A DNA stretch of 64,000 nucleotides from an uncultured Desulfosarcina sp. (GCA_963674945.2 CAXXWQ010000003.1:704001-768000); one strand, 5' to 3'. Counted from the first letter of the stretch, positions 37,206-47,950 are shown. The notes: a model not told the origin generated them from the letters alone. Program-made: numbers and translations.

Positions 37206-39818
37206 ATGAGATTATTATCCCTTTTTAAAAAGCGATATCGTCAGTCGGTGCGATCGGAAGGCAACCTTTTTACCTGCTGGCTGCCGGACAAAACCGGTCC
37301 TTTGGCGATGTTCATCCTGCGCCGTATCTTTTCGGGCATCCGACTGAACGCCGAACTCAACGAAGTAATCGAGAAGCTTCCCGATGATGCGGTCATTGTG
37401 TATACATCCAAGACCAAAAGCTATTTTGAATTTTTATGCTACTACACCCGCTACATGGCAGCCAGACTCCCCTACCCCCGGCTTGGTTTCGACTGCCATG
37501 TCGTCATTTTTCAACCGCTGGGTCGACTGCTCCGAATCGCCTTTTCCCAACTCCACTACTTCTTCGGCCATCTTCGCTTCCGGGATCCCTACGAGGCAGG
37601 ATTCATCCAAGACGAAATCCGAAAAGGGACGACCGCGTTTTTACCTTTGATGGAAAAAGCCGATTTTCACCGTCAATTCATCAAGTCCAAGATGGATCCG
37701 ATCAGCCATCTCATCGACCTCCAGCGCACAATGACGCGCCCCATCTTTATCGTTCCCAAACTGATTTTTTTCAGTAAATTGCCAGAATCCAGCAGGCCCA
37801 GCCTGCTGGACATCTTTTTCGGCTCTCACCAGCAACCGGGCAGATTACGGCGCCTGTGGACATTGTTCAATAAACCCAAGACCATCTTCATCGAGGTGTC
37901 CGATCCCATCGATCTTAAGCGATATGTGACATCCGAGAAAAACGTGGATCGAAGCACCAATTATTTGACCTCGGAATTGAGACGAAAACTGCTCAGACAG
38001 ATCAACGCCCATAGAAAGAGCATTACCGGCCCTACAATCAAAAGGCCGGAGGAGATCAAACAGGAGCTATTAACCGGTGAAGGATTGCGCCAGTTCATGG
38101 TAACCTATGCCAAACGAAAAGGGATTGGCATCTTCGATACTCACCGGGAAGCCATGGGGTATGTGGACGAGATCGCGGCCAAATACAGTCCGTCTTTCAT
38201 CGATATCACCCATCGCATCCTTCGGTATTTCCTGAACACACTCTTCGAGTCCGTTACCTTCAATGCCGATCAGGTGTCCGAGATCAAACGAAGTGCCCGC
38301 AAAGGGCCCATCATCTTCATGCCCGCCCACAAAAGCCACATGGATTCGCTACTCCTTTTGTACACCCTGTACGACAACCATATGCCCTGCCCACTGACCT
38401 TTGCCGGTAAAAATCTCGCTTTCTGGCCGATGGGACCGCTGTTTCGACGGGGCGGTGCCTTCTTCGTTCGTCGAAGTTTCAAGGGTGCGGTTTTCTATGC
38501 CAAGGTCTTTTCCGCATACATCCATAAGGTCCTGAAAGAGGGGTTTAATATCGCCGTTTACATCGAGGGGACACGCAGCAGGAGTGGAAAACTTCTTAAG
38601 CCCCAACTGGGAATGCTTTCCATCCTCCTCCAGGCGTTTTTTTCCGGGGCATGCCAGGATCTCATCTTTGTTCCCGTTTTTATCGCCTACGATCGAATTC
38701 CCGATGAAGGCGCTTACCTCCATGAAATCAGTGGCGGGAAAAAGTCTCCGGAAAGTTTCCGCCAGATGCTGAAAGCCAAGGCGATTTTCCAGAACCGCTA
38801 CGGAAGCGTTCACATTCATTTTGGACACCCCTTCTCCCTAATGGACATCATGAACGGACAGGGTACTGCGGACGTCCAGATCTCCTCCAAGCAGCAGAAC
38901 ACCCTGTGTCGCCAGATCGGCGTCAGGGTGATGAATACGATCGACCGGAATGCCGTGGTTACGCCACAGTCGCTGGTGGCCGGTGCTCTTTTGGTCGGCG
39001 GCAAGGAGGTCATCTCCCGGACGGAAATTGGCTTTCGCATCGAGGCGTCCACGAATCTTTTGTTCGCCCAGAACACCTGCCTGTCGGAACCACTTTCCGG
39101 CAATTACGCCTATTCCGTGGAAAACACGCTGCATTACTATCAAAGGCGCAAATTTATCCAAAGGGCCATCTCCAAGACCACGGGACAGATGGGGGCAGAT
39201 GGCTTTCGAATCATCGAAAGCCGCCGCAATGCACTGGACTATTATAAAAATACCTGCATTTGTCATTTCGTTGCCCCGGCCTTCACTGCCGTGGCCATCC
39301 TGGAGAAGGACGCATTCCAGTTCTCCGCTTCAAATCTGCATGAACCGTACCGGCACCTTCAAAATCTATTTTGCGAAGAGTTTACCCCGGACGCCATCCA
39401 ACCTCCGGCATTCATCGTCCGCAAAACCGTAAAAGCCTTTATCGATAACGCGATCCTCGTTCCCCATCCCATTTTGCCGGACACCTACAACCTCTCTTCC
39501 GAGGGATTGAGAAAGCTCATCTTCTTTGCCGGCTACATTGAACCGCTACTCGAATCCTACCGGACGGCGTTGGTCTATTTCTCCAAGAATCGCCGGAACC
39601 AGCACCATAAGCCCAGGATTCTCAAGAAAATGCTGTCCATCGGTAATCGGATGCTTCGACAGGGAGAAATCCGCCTCAAGGAGTCCGTATCCAAGGCGAA
39701 TTACGATAATGCGGTTACATTTTTTTCAAAAAACGGCGTGAGGGGATCCGAGGATGAGGAACGGATTTGGACCTGGAACAACGCCATCACCAGATATCTC
39801 AACCTGCTATCGAGATGA
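37206..39818 (+). CDS. plsB: Glycerol-3-phosphate acyltransferase (PlsB-like)
   Basis: HKSHMD (HX4D), AGKNL, GAFFVRR, IEGTRSRSGK. Confidence 0.85.
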   Translation: MRLLSLFKKRYRQSVRSEGNLFTCWLPDKTGPLAMFILRRIFSGIRLNAELNEVIEKLPDDAVIVYTSKTKSYFEFLCYYTRYMAARLPYPRLGFDCHVVIFQPLGRLLRIAFSQLHYFFGHLRFRDPYEAGFIQDEIRKGTTAFLPLMEKADFHRQFIKSKMDPISHLIDLQRTMTRPIFIVPKLIFFSKLPESSRPSLLDIFFGSHQQPGRLRRLWTLFNKPKTIFIEVSDPIDLKRYVTSEKNVDRSTNYLTSELRRKLLRQINAHRKSITGPTIKRPEEIKQELLTGEGLRQFMVTYAKRKGIGIFDTHREAMGYVDEIAAKYSPSFIDITHRILRYFLNTLFESVTFNADQVSEIKRSARKGPIIFMPAHKSHMDSLLLLYTLYDNHMPCPLTFAGKNLAFWPMGPLFRRGGAFFVRRSFKGAVFYAKVFSAYIHKVLKEGFNIAVYIEGTRSRSGKLLKPQLGMLSILLQAFFSGACQDLIFVPVFIAYDRIPDEGAYLHEISGGKKSPESFRQMLKAKAIFQNRYGSVHIHFGHPFSLMDIMNGQGTADVQISSKQQNTLCRQIGVRVMNTIDRNAVVTPQSLVAGALLVGGKEVISRTEIGFRIEASTNLLFAQNTCLSEPLSGNYAYSVENTLHYYQRRKFIQRAISKTTGQMGADGFRIIESRRNALDYYKNTCICHFVAPAFTAVAILEKDAFQFSASNLHEPYRHLQNLFCEEFTPDAIQPPAFIVRKTVKAFIDNAILVPHPILPDTYNLSSEGLRKLIFFAGYIEPLLESYRTALVYFSKNRRNQHHKPRILKKMLSIGNRMLRQGEIRLKESVSKANYDNAVTFFSKNGVRGSEDEERIWTWNNAITRYLNLLSR

Positions 39819-39846
39819 AATGCCTGTTTGGTTTATCTGGCCAAGC

Positions 39847-41136
39847 TTATTTCGGAGAGTACTGATCGCCCCCCGCCCAGTTATTGTTTTTATCCGCTTT
39901 CCGGGTCAGACCGCCACTAACCGTGGCGTAATCCCCGCTGGCGTTGTTTAGCTGACCGCCACCGACACATGCATATTTTCCCGAAGCACGGTTGTTGTAA
40001 CCGCCGCTGACCACGGCATATGGGCCTGAGATGGCGTTGGCCTCCCCCACCACGAGTCCACCATAGGAGGTATAGGTGAGATTTTTGCCGATAACGACGT
40101 TATGGGACCCGCTGTGGGCTTTGGCATCCCCTTTGGCAGGGAGTTCGTTGTACCCGACGATCAAATTTCCCAAACCATTGGGAGCGCCTTCCGTTTTACC
40201 GGTACCGTTGACGATGTGAAGGTTCACTTTGCTGAAAATGATATCATTGTTCTTCCTGGACACCCCCTCCAGCAATCGGGACAACTGGCTGACCGTTTTC
40301 TGCAACGCGGCCACTTCTGCCTGTAAGACGGCGATCTCCTTGGTTTTTATCTCCAGTTCATTGATTCGTCCGACGGTGGGTTTTAAATTGATTGCAGGGG
40401 TGGCAACCGCAACTGCGGCAGCGTTTTTTTTCATAACCGCCACGGCAGCGGCCAACTCGCTGTCTCGGCAAATGGCATCGTCGATGAATTTCTCCTGTAG
40501 CGTTCCAGAAGTGATTTCCGATGCACTATGACCATGTGAGATATTGGCTTTCTTTGCAAGCTCGACCTGGAAATTTTCCTTGGAAACCAAGTCCTTTAGG
40601 AGAATTCGCTGGCTCTTTGTTTTTGTTTTTACCGTAACAGCCGCATCACATTTAATCTTCAGATCTTCCCAGCACCGCTCACATACTTTTGCATCCGGAG
40701 ATTCCTTGTATTGCGCAACCTGTTCGGCAGTTTCATATACGATATACTCATTGGCATAAGCGATGTTTTCCGGTGAGGACCGTTTATACAGCAAGACCCA
40801 GACGGCAGTGGTCTTGAGGTTGTGAACGATCGTATCCGCCTCGAAGGAAATGGCAAAATATTGGTCGCTTATATGGTGCAATCCGATGGGTTGCTGGAAA
40901 TTGAAGTGCCGTTTCATGACACTCGACACATTCTGCTTTATCAGGTATTCTTTCAACATGGTCTTTTGCGACGACTGGATGGTCTCCAGCACCTCTTTTG
41001 CGTTGCCGTTTCCGTCTTCGATCAGGGTAACCAATTCGCCATACCCATTGACAGGCTCAGCCGAGACCGGATGAAGAAAAACAAGGGTCGAGAGCAAAAC
41101 AGATAGTAAAATAGTGCTGATCCATTTTACAAACAT
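39847..41136 (-). CDS. Exported protein with coiled coil and C-terminal Gly/Asn-rich beta-helix-like repeats
   Basis: GGAGG RBS before MFVKW; signal peptide; NGLGNLIVGYNE, repeated VSGG..N.ASG.YA units. Confidence 0.7.
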   Translation of the reverse strand: MFVKWISTILLSVLLSTLVFLHPVSAEPVNGYGELVTLIEDGNGNAKEVLETIQSSQKTMLKEYLIKQNVSSVMKRHFNFQQPIGLHHISDQYFAISFEADTIVHNLKTTAVWVLLYKRSSPENIAYANEYIVYETAEQVAQYKESPDAKVCERCWEDLKIKCDAAVTVKTKTKSQRILLKDLVSKENFQVELAKKANISHGHSASEITSGTLQEKFIDDAICRDSELAAAVAVMKKNAAAVAVATPAINLKPTVGRINELEIKTKEIAVLQAEVAALQKTVSQLSRLLEGVSRKNNDIIFSKVNLHIVNGTGKTEGAPNGLGNLIVGYNELPAKGDAKAHSGSHNVVIGKNLTYTSYGGLVVGEANAISGPYAVVSGGYNNRASGKYACVGGGQLNNASGDYATVSGGLTRKADKNNNWAGGDQYSPK

Positions 41137-41188
41137 CAAATTCACCTCCACTGCTGTTTGTACATCGTCATGGATTCGGTCCCGATCC

Positions 41189-42079
41189 CTATCCGTTGCT
41201 CGCAAGCCGATCGATGGCCATTTTCGTACTTACCCGCAACCGCTCGATGACATTGGCCAATTTTCCTATTTCGGACCGGTTCTTCATCTTGACCGGCCGA
41301 TCCATATTCCCGTCTGCCACCTCGGAAGCCATCTTTAGCAGTATCGAAAGAGGGTTTAGGAAGGTGATGATAATAAAACAGATGACGGCAACGATGAGCA
41401 GGATAAAAAGGCTTCCAAAAAGCAATTGTTTGGGAGAAAAAAAGGTGTTGGCACTTTGTTCGGGAAAATTCTGATAGCCCACACAAAAAGAGCCCCATCG
41501 CTCCCCGTTAATGAAAATCGGCGAAGAAAACTCCCAAATCGTCCGGTTTTCGGTATCCGTGTATTTTTGGGCGAATCCCTTCTTTTCGTTCAAAGAGACA
41601 CTGGTAATGCGATCGTCCATCAATATCTGTTTTCCGACGTGGTCAACTGGGGTCGATTGGGAATCGACTGCCGTTTCCGTATCGCCAGGTTCGATGCGAA
41701 CGGGTACATACCCGTTTAAATCAATCACTCGTGCGTAAACGATATTCTTATCTTGGAGGTATTCATTCTCGAGAGGAAAAAGGGCTTTGCTGACGAAGGC
41801 ATCGTATTTGGTACTATATTTTTGTGGAGAGGTATTTTCTACAGGAATAAATTGAGAGTCGAACAGGTCTTCTCTGACAAGCCCGCCGGCATCGATGACT
41901 TCCTCAAGGATGGCGCTGACACTTCTTGCACCGATAATGGAGGACCAACGCCCCTGTTTTTTCAGCAAGTCCAGATGACTGTCGGTATTTGCGATAATGA
42001 GAAAAGCCCCGAGTAACGCCATTAAAACAATAACACCACTTACGGCAATTGAAATTTTGACACCGAGACGTTGAAACAT
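41189..42079 (-). CDS. Membrane sensor: TM-Cache-like domain-TM-HAMP with no output domain
   Basis: Two TM segments, PQKYSTKYD..DLNGYVP..SPIFINGERWG, terminal HAMP (SEIGKLANVIERLR). Confidence 0.75.
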   Translation of the reverse strand: MFQRLGVKISIAVSGVIVLMALLGAFLIIANTDSHLDLLKKQGRWSSIIGARSVSAILEEVIDAGGLVREDLFDSQFIPVENTSPQKYSTKYDAFVSKALFPLENEYLQDKNIVYARVIDLNGYVPVRIEPGDTETAVDSQSTPVDHVGKQILMDDRITSVSLNEKKGFAQKYTDTENRTIWEFSSPIFINGERWGSFCVGYQNFPEQSANTFFSPKQLLFGSLFILLIVAVICFIIITFLNPLSILLKMASEVADGNMDRPVKMKNRSEIGKLANVIERLRVSTKMAIDRLASNG

Positions 42080-42379
42080 AGGGAGATCCTTTCCTGCAAG
42101 CACCACAAAAAAATGCCCGAAAACAAACGCTTTACCAACGATAGATGTAACGGCGAAGTTTTTCTTTATCCGTTACACACAATATATCATATGTATTCAT
42201 TGGATCGCCCTCATTGAGGAAAAGTTTAGATTTTTTTTAACTGACGGTAGCGATTTTCGGTTGGAAGGACAAAGTCGGGAGTGTGGATTGTAACGATACT
42301 GCAATGGTTAACAAAAAATGAAGGGGACGCTTTTACGAAAAAACAGGACCATTGCCGATATTGTTGCCGTCTTGTTTCG

Positions 42380-43048
42380 CTATTGCGACAAAATAAAGGT
42401 CGATCCCTTCCGGAATTCTTCGGCAAAATCGCCATCGCCCATTTCGCGGCAAAGAAGATCTACGAGAAGCGGCATCGTATCTGTCGAAGGGGTTTGCGTT
42501 TCACACCATTTTTCCAACGCGCCCTTAAACATCACGGGGGCTACCGGCCCCAAAATTTTTACCATGAGGGCCTTCAATTTCGTCAAAGGATCGGAGAGCG
42601 GTCCGGAATTCATCATTTCTTCCAATACCTTGGGATCGATGGATGATTCCTTCTTTTCACTTCGTTGATGGTTGGAGGACGAAGCGGCTTTATCTTGCGG
42701 ATTGTATTCACGAATCAGTGGTTTTAACTCTTCTATGATCAGATTGATCGAAACGGAAAGCATGTTCGCCTTAACTTTGGGATCGGACAACAATACGAAA
42801 AAAAAGTTGCTCTCGATCTCTCGGATCGTGACAGCAGACTGCTCAAAAAACAGGAAAGCATCCGTATGATCGGGAAAATCAGTTCCAAAAAGCTGGTTGA
42901 GTTTGATAAGATGAGAACTGATTTCTCGTAATTTCTCTTCTTTGAATATTGAGGGCAGATTTTTTTCAATTACGCCCATTTCCGGGTTGTACACATAACC
43001 GCCCATTACACCCGGTATCAAATTCATTTCATTCAGGGCTTTCTGCAT
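42380..43048 (-). CDS. Roadblock/LC7-like protein with C-terminal helical (LGPVA) domain
   Basis: L.EM..IPGV.GG.V start, alpha-beta roadblock-like pattern; AGGAGG RBS. Confidence 0.6.
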   Translation of the reverse strand: MQKALNEMNLIPGVMGGYVYNPEMGVIEKNLPSIFKEEKLREISSHLIKLNQLFGTDFPDHTDAFLFFEQSAVTIREIESNFFFVLLSDPKVKANMLSVSINLIIEELKPLIREYNPQDKAASSSNHQRSEKKESSIDPKVLEEMMNSGPLSDPLTKLKALMVKILGPVAPVMFKGALEKWCETQTPSTDTMPLLVDLLCREMGDGDFAEEFRKGSTFILSQ

Positions 43049-43056
43049 CCCTCCTC

Positions 43057-44190
43057 CTATTTCTTCATTCGAGACCGTACCTTATTGATACGTTGCCAAA
43101 ATTCCGTAATATTGAATTCCGGTTTCAGCGAAAGAATCAGTCGTAATTGTTTAAACTCAAAAAACAAGAAACGGCCACCGTCCCTTACATTCACGAGGAA
43201 ATACGTAAATTTTCCGCTGGCCATCGCGCTTTCCAAAATGGATACCGGTTCGAAATAGCCAGAAAGGGCAATCGTGAGGTCGCTGCCATGTTTGCTGCTC
43301 TTGGCCAGCACAAAATCGTCCCGGTTGTATATTTTACAAGCGTGGATACCCGGTGTCGTTTTGACCAATGAGATCAGTTCGGCCGGGATACTGGCTTTTT
43401 GCGCTTTTAAACCGTCGTATTCCTCATTTGCGCCCTGACCTTCCGTTCCTTTTTCACGTTGCAACGGCCGGTTTTCGGGTGCATCGGATTGGGGATTGTT
43501 CTTTTTTTCATCTTTTAACCGCATCCCTTCCAGCAAAATGGTCATCAACGGATGTGTAATCCTTTTTGCCGGAAGACTGCTGATGCTTTTAATTCCGACG
43601 GTGGCATTTTCCCAGCTGATGATCTCATACGCTGCGGCTTCCGCCACGAGCGTACCGGTTTTTGCATCGATCAATTGTCCGTCGGAAAAGATCACCTCTC
43701 CGGTTTTATCGGCTGATTCGATGGTCAGACGGCAGGTCCGTTGTTCCATCTCCATGAGTTGAAACAGGGATGGAACACCGATGCCACTGATCTCCCCTTG
43801 TGCCCTGGCTTTCAAATCCGCCAATATACATTCAGATAGATATTTGAAATCATAAGGTTTTTTAAAAAGTCGAAGAGATGGAAGAGATCCGAGGCTGGCA
43901 TCCAGTTCCGGCGTGACCTCCACGGAAGCCACGAAAATGGGCATAAGGGGATATTTTTCCGTCAAAATACCAATGAGTTCGAAGCCGTCCATAACAGGCA
44001 TATACAGATCCGTCACGACGAGATCGACCGTTTCCCGTTCGGCAATCTCCAGGGCGACTTTGCCATTTTCGACAATCGTTACGCGGAACTGGTCCGCAAA
44101 ACGCTCGAAATGTTGAACCGCCACCCCTCGGATGGCTTCCTCGTCTTCAACAAATAGCACGTGTTTTCGTTCTGCATTCGCCATAATCAT
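43057..44190 (-). CDS. Response regulator with DUF4388 (PatA-N-like) and possible C-terminal roadblock-like domain
   Basis: VEDE, TDLYMP.MDG, KP; G.ISG.....LFQL.EME.RTC.L..G.V.F.DG.LIDA..A.YEIISW. Confidence 0.8.
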   Translation of the reverse strand: MIMANAERKHVLFVEDEEAIRGVAVQHFERFADQFRVTIVENGKVALEIAERETVDLVVTDLYMPVMDGFELIGILTEKYPLMPIFVASVEVTPELDASLGSLPSLRLFKKPYDFKYLSECILADLKARAQGEISGIGVPSLFQLMEMEQRTCRLTIESADKTGEVIFSDGQLIDAKTGTLVAEAAAYEIISWENATVGIKSISSLPAKRITHPLMTILLEGMRLKDEKKNNPQSDAPENRPLQREKGTEGQGANEEYDGLKAQKASIPAELISLVKTTPGIHACKIYNRDDFVLAKSSKHGSDLTIALSGYFEPVSILESAMASGKFTYFLVNVRDGGRFLFFEFKQLRLILSLKPEFNITEFWQRINKVRSRMKK

Positions 44191-44434
44191 GCCATCTCTA
44201 CTCTATCGAGCACAAGGGAGAGTTAACAAAACAGATTTCGTATCGTAAAAGATACCAACCTGTGAGGGTCGATTCGCCAATTTACTGTAAAATTATGTAA
44301 AACACGTTGAATTGTCAATTCATAACAACGAATTCGGTATCATTTGCCAAACGATATTGTATAAACGGCTGGCAGACAACGATCGGGACCAGACCCTGTG
44401 AATCTTCCGTGGTGGATTCAAAACATCACCGGGT

Positions 44435-45145
44435 CTATGACGTGGGAGGATACAAGCGGGGGCGGTCTTTTCGGCTTTTCTTTCTCACCACCTGCAAGGT
44501 GTCGTACAGCTTGGCGCGGGTTTTTCGCTTAAGCGCCTTGATATATTTTACATCCGGATTTCTCCCCATTTCGTTAAAACAGGTCGGACAAAGGGCGACA
44601 ACATTTTTCACGGAGTTCTCCCCACCTTGCGCGAGAGGTACGATATGGTACGGTTTTAGATTGAAATCCGATTCGGTACCCTGGCCTGTTTGGATTCCAC
44701 AGCGTTCGCATCGCATCGCGCATCGTCGCAAAACAGACTCGAATACGCGCTTTTTTCGATTGAATGGTTCCGTCCCATCGGCTGCGTCTTTCCAAGGCTT
44801 TCCGGGTTTGGGTTTCTGGATCGGATGATGCGAAATTTCCCTGTTTCCATTACCAACTTGTGCCGGAGCCTGCCGTGAGCCTGGTGCAACGGTTTCATTG
44901 GTTGCGCCATCCGTATCTGTCTGTCGAGAAGCAAGATCACCGGTCGTGGCCTCTTTTTTTCGTTTCCGGATGATTCCACGGCCCGTTTGCCTGCCGGCAG
45001 CCGGCCTCGTGGAGATGGACTTTCGCCACAATCGATGATGCTCTTGCTGCAATTGCCGCTTGAGTTCCTCCGTTGTTGCGCCAGAATCGTATTTCACGTT
45101 CATCTCGCGCAGCATTTGCACAATCTCCAGTTTGCTCAACCCCAT
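44435..45145 (-). CDS. HeH/LEM-like domain fused to a degenerate McrA-type HNH domain
   Basis: N-term LREMNVKYDSGATTEELK; C-term CERC..YHIVPLAQGG.NS..NVVALCPTCF. Confidence 0.7.
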   Translation of the reverse strand: MGLSKLEIVQMLREMNVKYDSGATTEELKRQLQQEHHRLWRKSISTRPAAGRQTGRGIIRKRKKEATTGDLASRQTDTDGATNETVAPGSRQAPAQVGNGNREISHHPIQKPKPGKPWKDAADGTEPFNRKKRVFESVLRRCAMRCERCGIQTGQGTESDFNLKPYHIVPLAQGGENSVKNVVALCPTCFNEMGRNPDVKYIKALKRKTRAKLYDTLQVVRKKSRKDRPRLYPPTS

Positions 45146-45338
45146 GATTGACCTGATTTTACTTTCAAAAAAGTGTTTTTCATATCCAATATCATTGGCA
45201 AAGGCGCCATTTTCCTTCCAAAAGGATAGGATAGTTACAACAAACCGTATGGAGTTTCAATGGCCTTTGTCTGTTTTTTTGATTGGGCGTTACCGTTGCC
45301 CTGAGGTTGACGGCATCCCCGAAAGCCGAATGCTTGCA

Positions 45339-47255
45339 TTACACTTCAACCGACTTTACCGGCAACCGGATGGTTATCGTGCAGCCGGCGTCCGGATTGT
45401 TTTCCACCCCGACCCTGCCCCCCATGGCCGTCACAAACTTTCGAACCAGGGCCAGTCCGATCCCGGTACCGCCGGTAGTGCGACCGAGATCATCGTCGAC
45501 ACGGTAAAAATCATCGAATACATGCTTTATGGATCGATGGGGAATTCCCGGCCCCGTGTCGGAAACGGCAAGGCGGATCCAGCGGCCATCTTGCTGCGCG
45601 CCGATAACGATTCGTTTCTCGGCTCTGTTACGACCGAATTTAATGCTGTTTTCGATAAGATTGATCAGCACCTGCACCAATACGTTCCGGTCATAGGCGA
45701 ATGGGGGCAATGAATCACATCGAATGACCATATCGTACCCTTCGCGGGTTACGGTTTCGTTCATGATGTCCCTGACGTCGTGCATCACCTCGGTAAGGTC
45801 CCCCATCTTGTAATCGAAACGATGGGTTCGCTTTTCCAGACGGGACATCTCCAGGACATTATCGATCAATCCGGACAGTCGGGTACTCTCCGAAGAGAGG
45901 ATTGTAAGATATTGTGTTTCCTGCTGCTTTGTCCTGGCGATTCCGGTCTCCAACATCTCGATGTACATGCGTATGGTGGTAAGTGGTGTCTTGAGTTCGT
46001 GGGTCACGTTCGACACAAATTGAGATCGTCTTTCGGACAACTCCACCACGGCTCGCGCGCTCTTGTAGAGCGTCACAAATCCCGCAACCAAGATGAGTCC
46101 AATAACCGTCAGCGCCAGGGTGAAGGTCTGCCGTGCCGGTGAGGGTGGCACGGTGACAATGTGCATCTCGGCTGAAAGAAAATCAAAGGGAGCAGGAAAG
46201 GTTCCTCCGGCCAGATAGCGGCCGGTGCTTTTTCCGGCAGCCAGGCCGATGCCGTCGCCGACCGCAAAGTGGTCCGAAACGCGAAAAGTGAGACGGGCAT
46301 ACCGGGCAATGGGTTGGGTTTCGTAGTGAACGGCGAGCAGGTGATCGAGAAATTCGTCGACCTGAAGCACGAATCCCTGCCGATAGATCTGTCCGCCAAT
46401 ATCGATGCGGCGAAAAATAAAGACCCTGTTCGCATCGATGGTTACCGCCTGCAGCGGTGCCACTTCCACCTGAAAGCGACCGCCGGCGTCTGCACCGGCC
46501 GCCTGCCTCTCTATGGCCTCTCCTTGTCGTTCCATGGCCGGCCGAGCCGTTGCGGCGGGAGGTAGACGTTCTTTTTCTTCATCGCCCCGATCCGGCACTT
46601 CATCAAGGGTGGTGCCTGACCATAGGGACTGGGGGGGCACATTGGTCTCCCGCAAAGAAAAATTCATGGCCTGTCCGGCGGTGATCTCCTCCACGCGTGC
46701 CTCTTTTTGGCCGAGGACGCTTTTGGATCTTCTTTCCTGTGAACCTTTCAGATAACGGTCGGCAAAGGCCGATTGTCCCTCGTTTTGAAGGCCGACCGAT
46801 CTCTGGGCCTCTTCTTTCAACGCTTGGGGGATGCGGGCGGTGAATTTTTTTCGGTTGAAAATCTCATTGACGCTTTTCAGCTGCTGAATTCGAAGGGAGA
46901 TCGCTTTCGATGGAACTACACTCCTATCCGTCAATGGCGACTGAAAGGATCCGTCCGGATTGTTCTGAAGGTAGCCCAATACATAAGAAACGTTGGGTGT
47001 CTTTGCCAAAGGAGAGATCACGACTCCTGCCTGGTTCACCATGGTGTGGCGGTATTCGTCCACGGCCCTGGTCTCCTCTTTGCGGACCATGTCGGTCAAC
47101 TCCGATTCGATTTCATCCAACAGCTGCTTTGCGAAAAATGCGATCTGCGCCTGGGCCTCGCGATCCAAGGCCACATATGTTCGAATGGCGACAAAAGCCA
47201 ATGGTACGCTGATGGTCACGAAAAAAAGAACCATAAAAAGGCCCAATCGTTTCAC
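45339..47255 (-). CDS. Membrane sensor histidine kinase
   Basis: Two TMs, HELKTPL, NLIENSIKF, DTGPGI, GTGIGL. Confidence 0.93.
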   Translation of the reverse strand: MKRLGLFMVLFFVTISVPLAFVAIRTYVALDREAQAQIAFFAKQLLDEIESELTDMVRKEETRAVDEYRHTMVNQAGVVISPLAKTPNVSYVLGYLQNNPDGSFQSPLTDRSVVPSKAISLRIQQLKSVNEIFNRKKFTARIPQALKEEAQRSVGLQNEGQSAFADRYLKGSQERRSKSVLGQKEARVEEITAGQAMNFSLRETNVPPQSLWSGTTLDEVPDRGDEEKERLPPAATARPAMERQGEAIERQAAGADAGGRFQVEVAPLQAVTIDANRVFIFRRIDIGGQIYRQGFVLQVDEFLDHLLAVHYETQPIARYARLTFRVSDHFAVGDGIGLAAGKSTGRYLAGGTFPAPFDFLSAEMHIVTVPPSPARQTFTLALTVIGLILVAGFVTLYKSARAVVELSERRSQFVSNVTHELKTPLTTIRMYIEMLETGIARTKQQETQYLTILSSESTRLSGLIDNVLEMSRLEKRTHRFDYKMGDLTEVMHDVRDIMNETVTREGYDMVIRCDSLPPFAYDRNVLVQVLINLIENSIKFGRNRAEKRIVIGAQQDGRWIRLAVSDTGPGIPHRSIKHVFDDFYRVDDDLGRTTGGTGIGLALVRKFVTAMGGRVGVENNPDAGCTITIRLPVKSVEV

Positions 47256-47950
47256 GGCAGACGCTCCAACCGGTATCCCTGGCCGCGAACCGTTTGGATG
47301 GTCATGTTGCCATGGACCAGGGATCTTATCTTTTTTCTCAGTTTCAGTATGTGAATATCCACGGTACGGGTTTGCACATCCGGATCATTATAATGCCAAA
47401 CCTGGGTCAACAATTCGCCTTTTGAGACAATCCGATCCTGGTGGCGATACAGGTACATTACGATGTCCATCTCCCTTCGGGTCAGTTCGACGGTTTTCTT
47501 TTCGTCCGCGGCCCGAAGATTGGTTCCATCGAATCGGACATCGCCGTATTCGATTTTCTCGTCGCCAATGGATGTTCCGCTTCTTCTGAGAACGGCCTCT
47601 ACCCGAACCATCAACTCCCGGATGGAAAAGGGTTTGCTCACATAATCGTCTGCACCGGCGGAAAAGCCGGCAACCAAATCATCCTCGGAGCCCTTTGCCG
47701 TCAATATGATCACCGGTTGAACCGGACGCTTTCTTCGAATCTTTCGGCAAATGGAAAAACCGTCCATGCCGGGCAGCATTACATCCAGTAACACCAGATC
47801 GTATTTTCCCGAAAGCGCAAACGCACACCCTTCGACCCCCTCGGCGACCCCATCGACACTGTAACCATTGAAGACAAGAACATCACATAGTCCGCGCAAG
47901 ATCGCCGGATCATCCTCCACGACAAGAATCCGGGCTTTGGATTTTTCCAT
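47252..47950 (-). CDS. OmpR/PhoB family response regulator
   Basis: LDVMLPG.DG, GADDY.SKPF, RTVDIHI..LRKK, TVRGQGY. Confidence 0.95.
   Translation of the reverse strand: MEKSKARILVVEDDPAILRGLCDVLVFNGYSVDGVAEGVEGCAFALSGKYDLVLLDVMLPGMDGFSICRKIRRKRPVQPVIILTAKGSEDDLVAGFSAGADDYVSKPFSIRELMVRVEAVLRRSGTSIGDEKIEYGDVRFDGTNLRAADEKKTVELTRREMDIVMYLYRHQDRIVSKGELLTQVWHYNDPDVQTRTVDIHILKLRKKIRSLVHGNMTIQTVRGQGYRLERLP

Noticed and set aside
40660..40700. CERC as a c-type heme site
   Set aside because: Followed by W, not H, so not CxxCH
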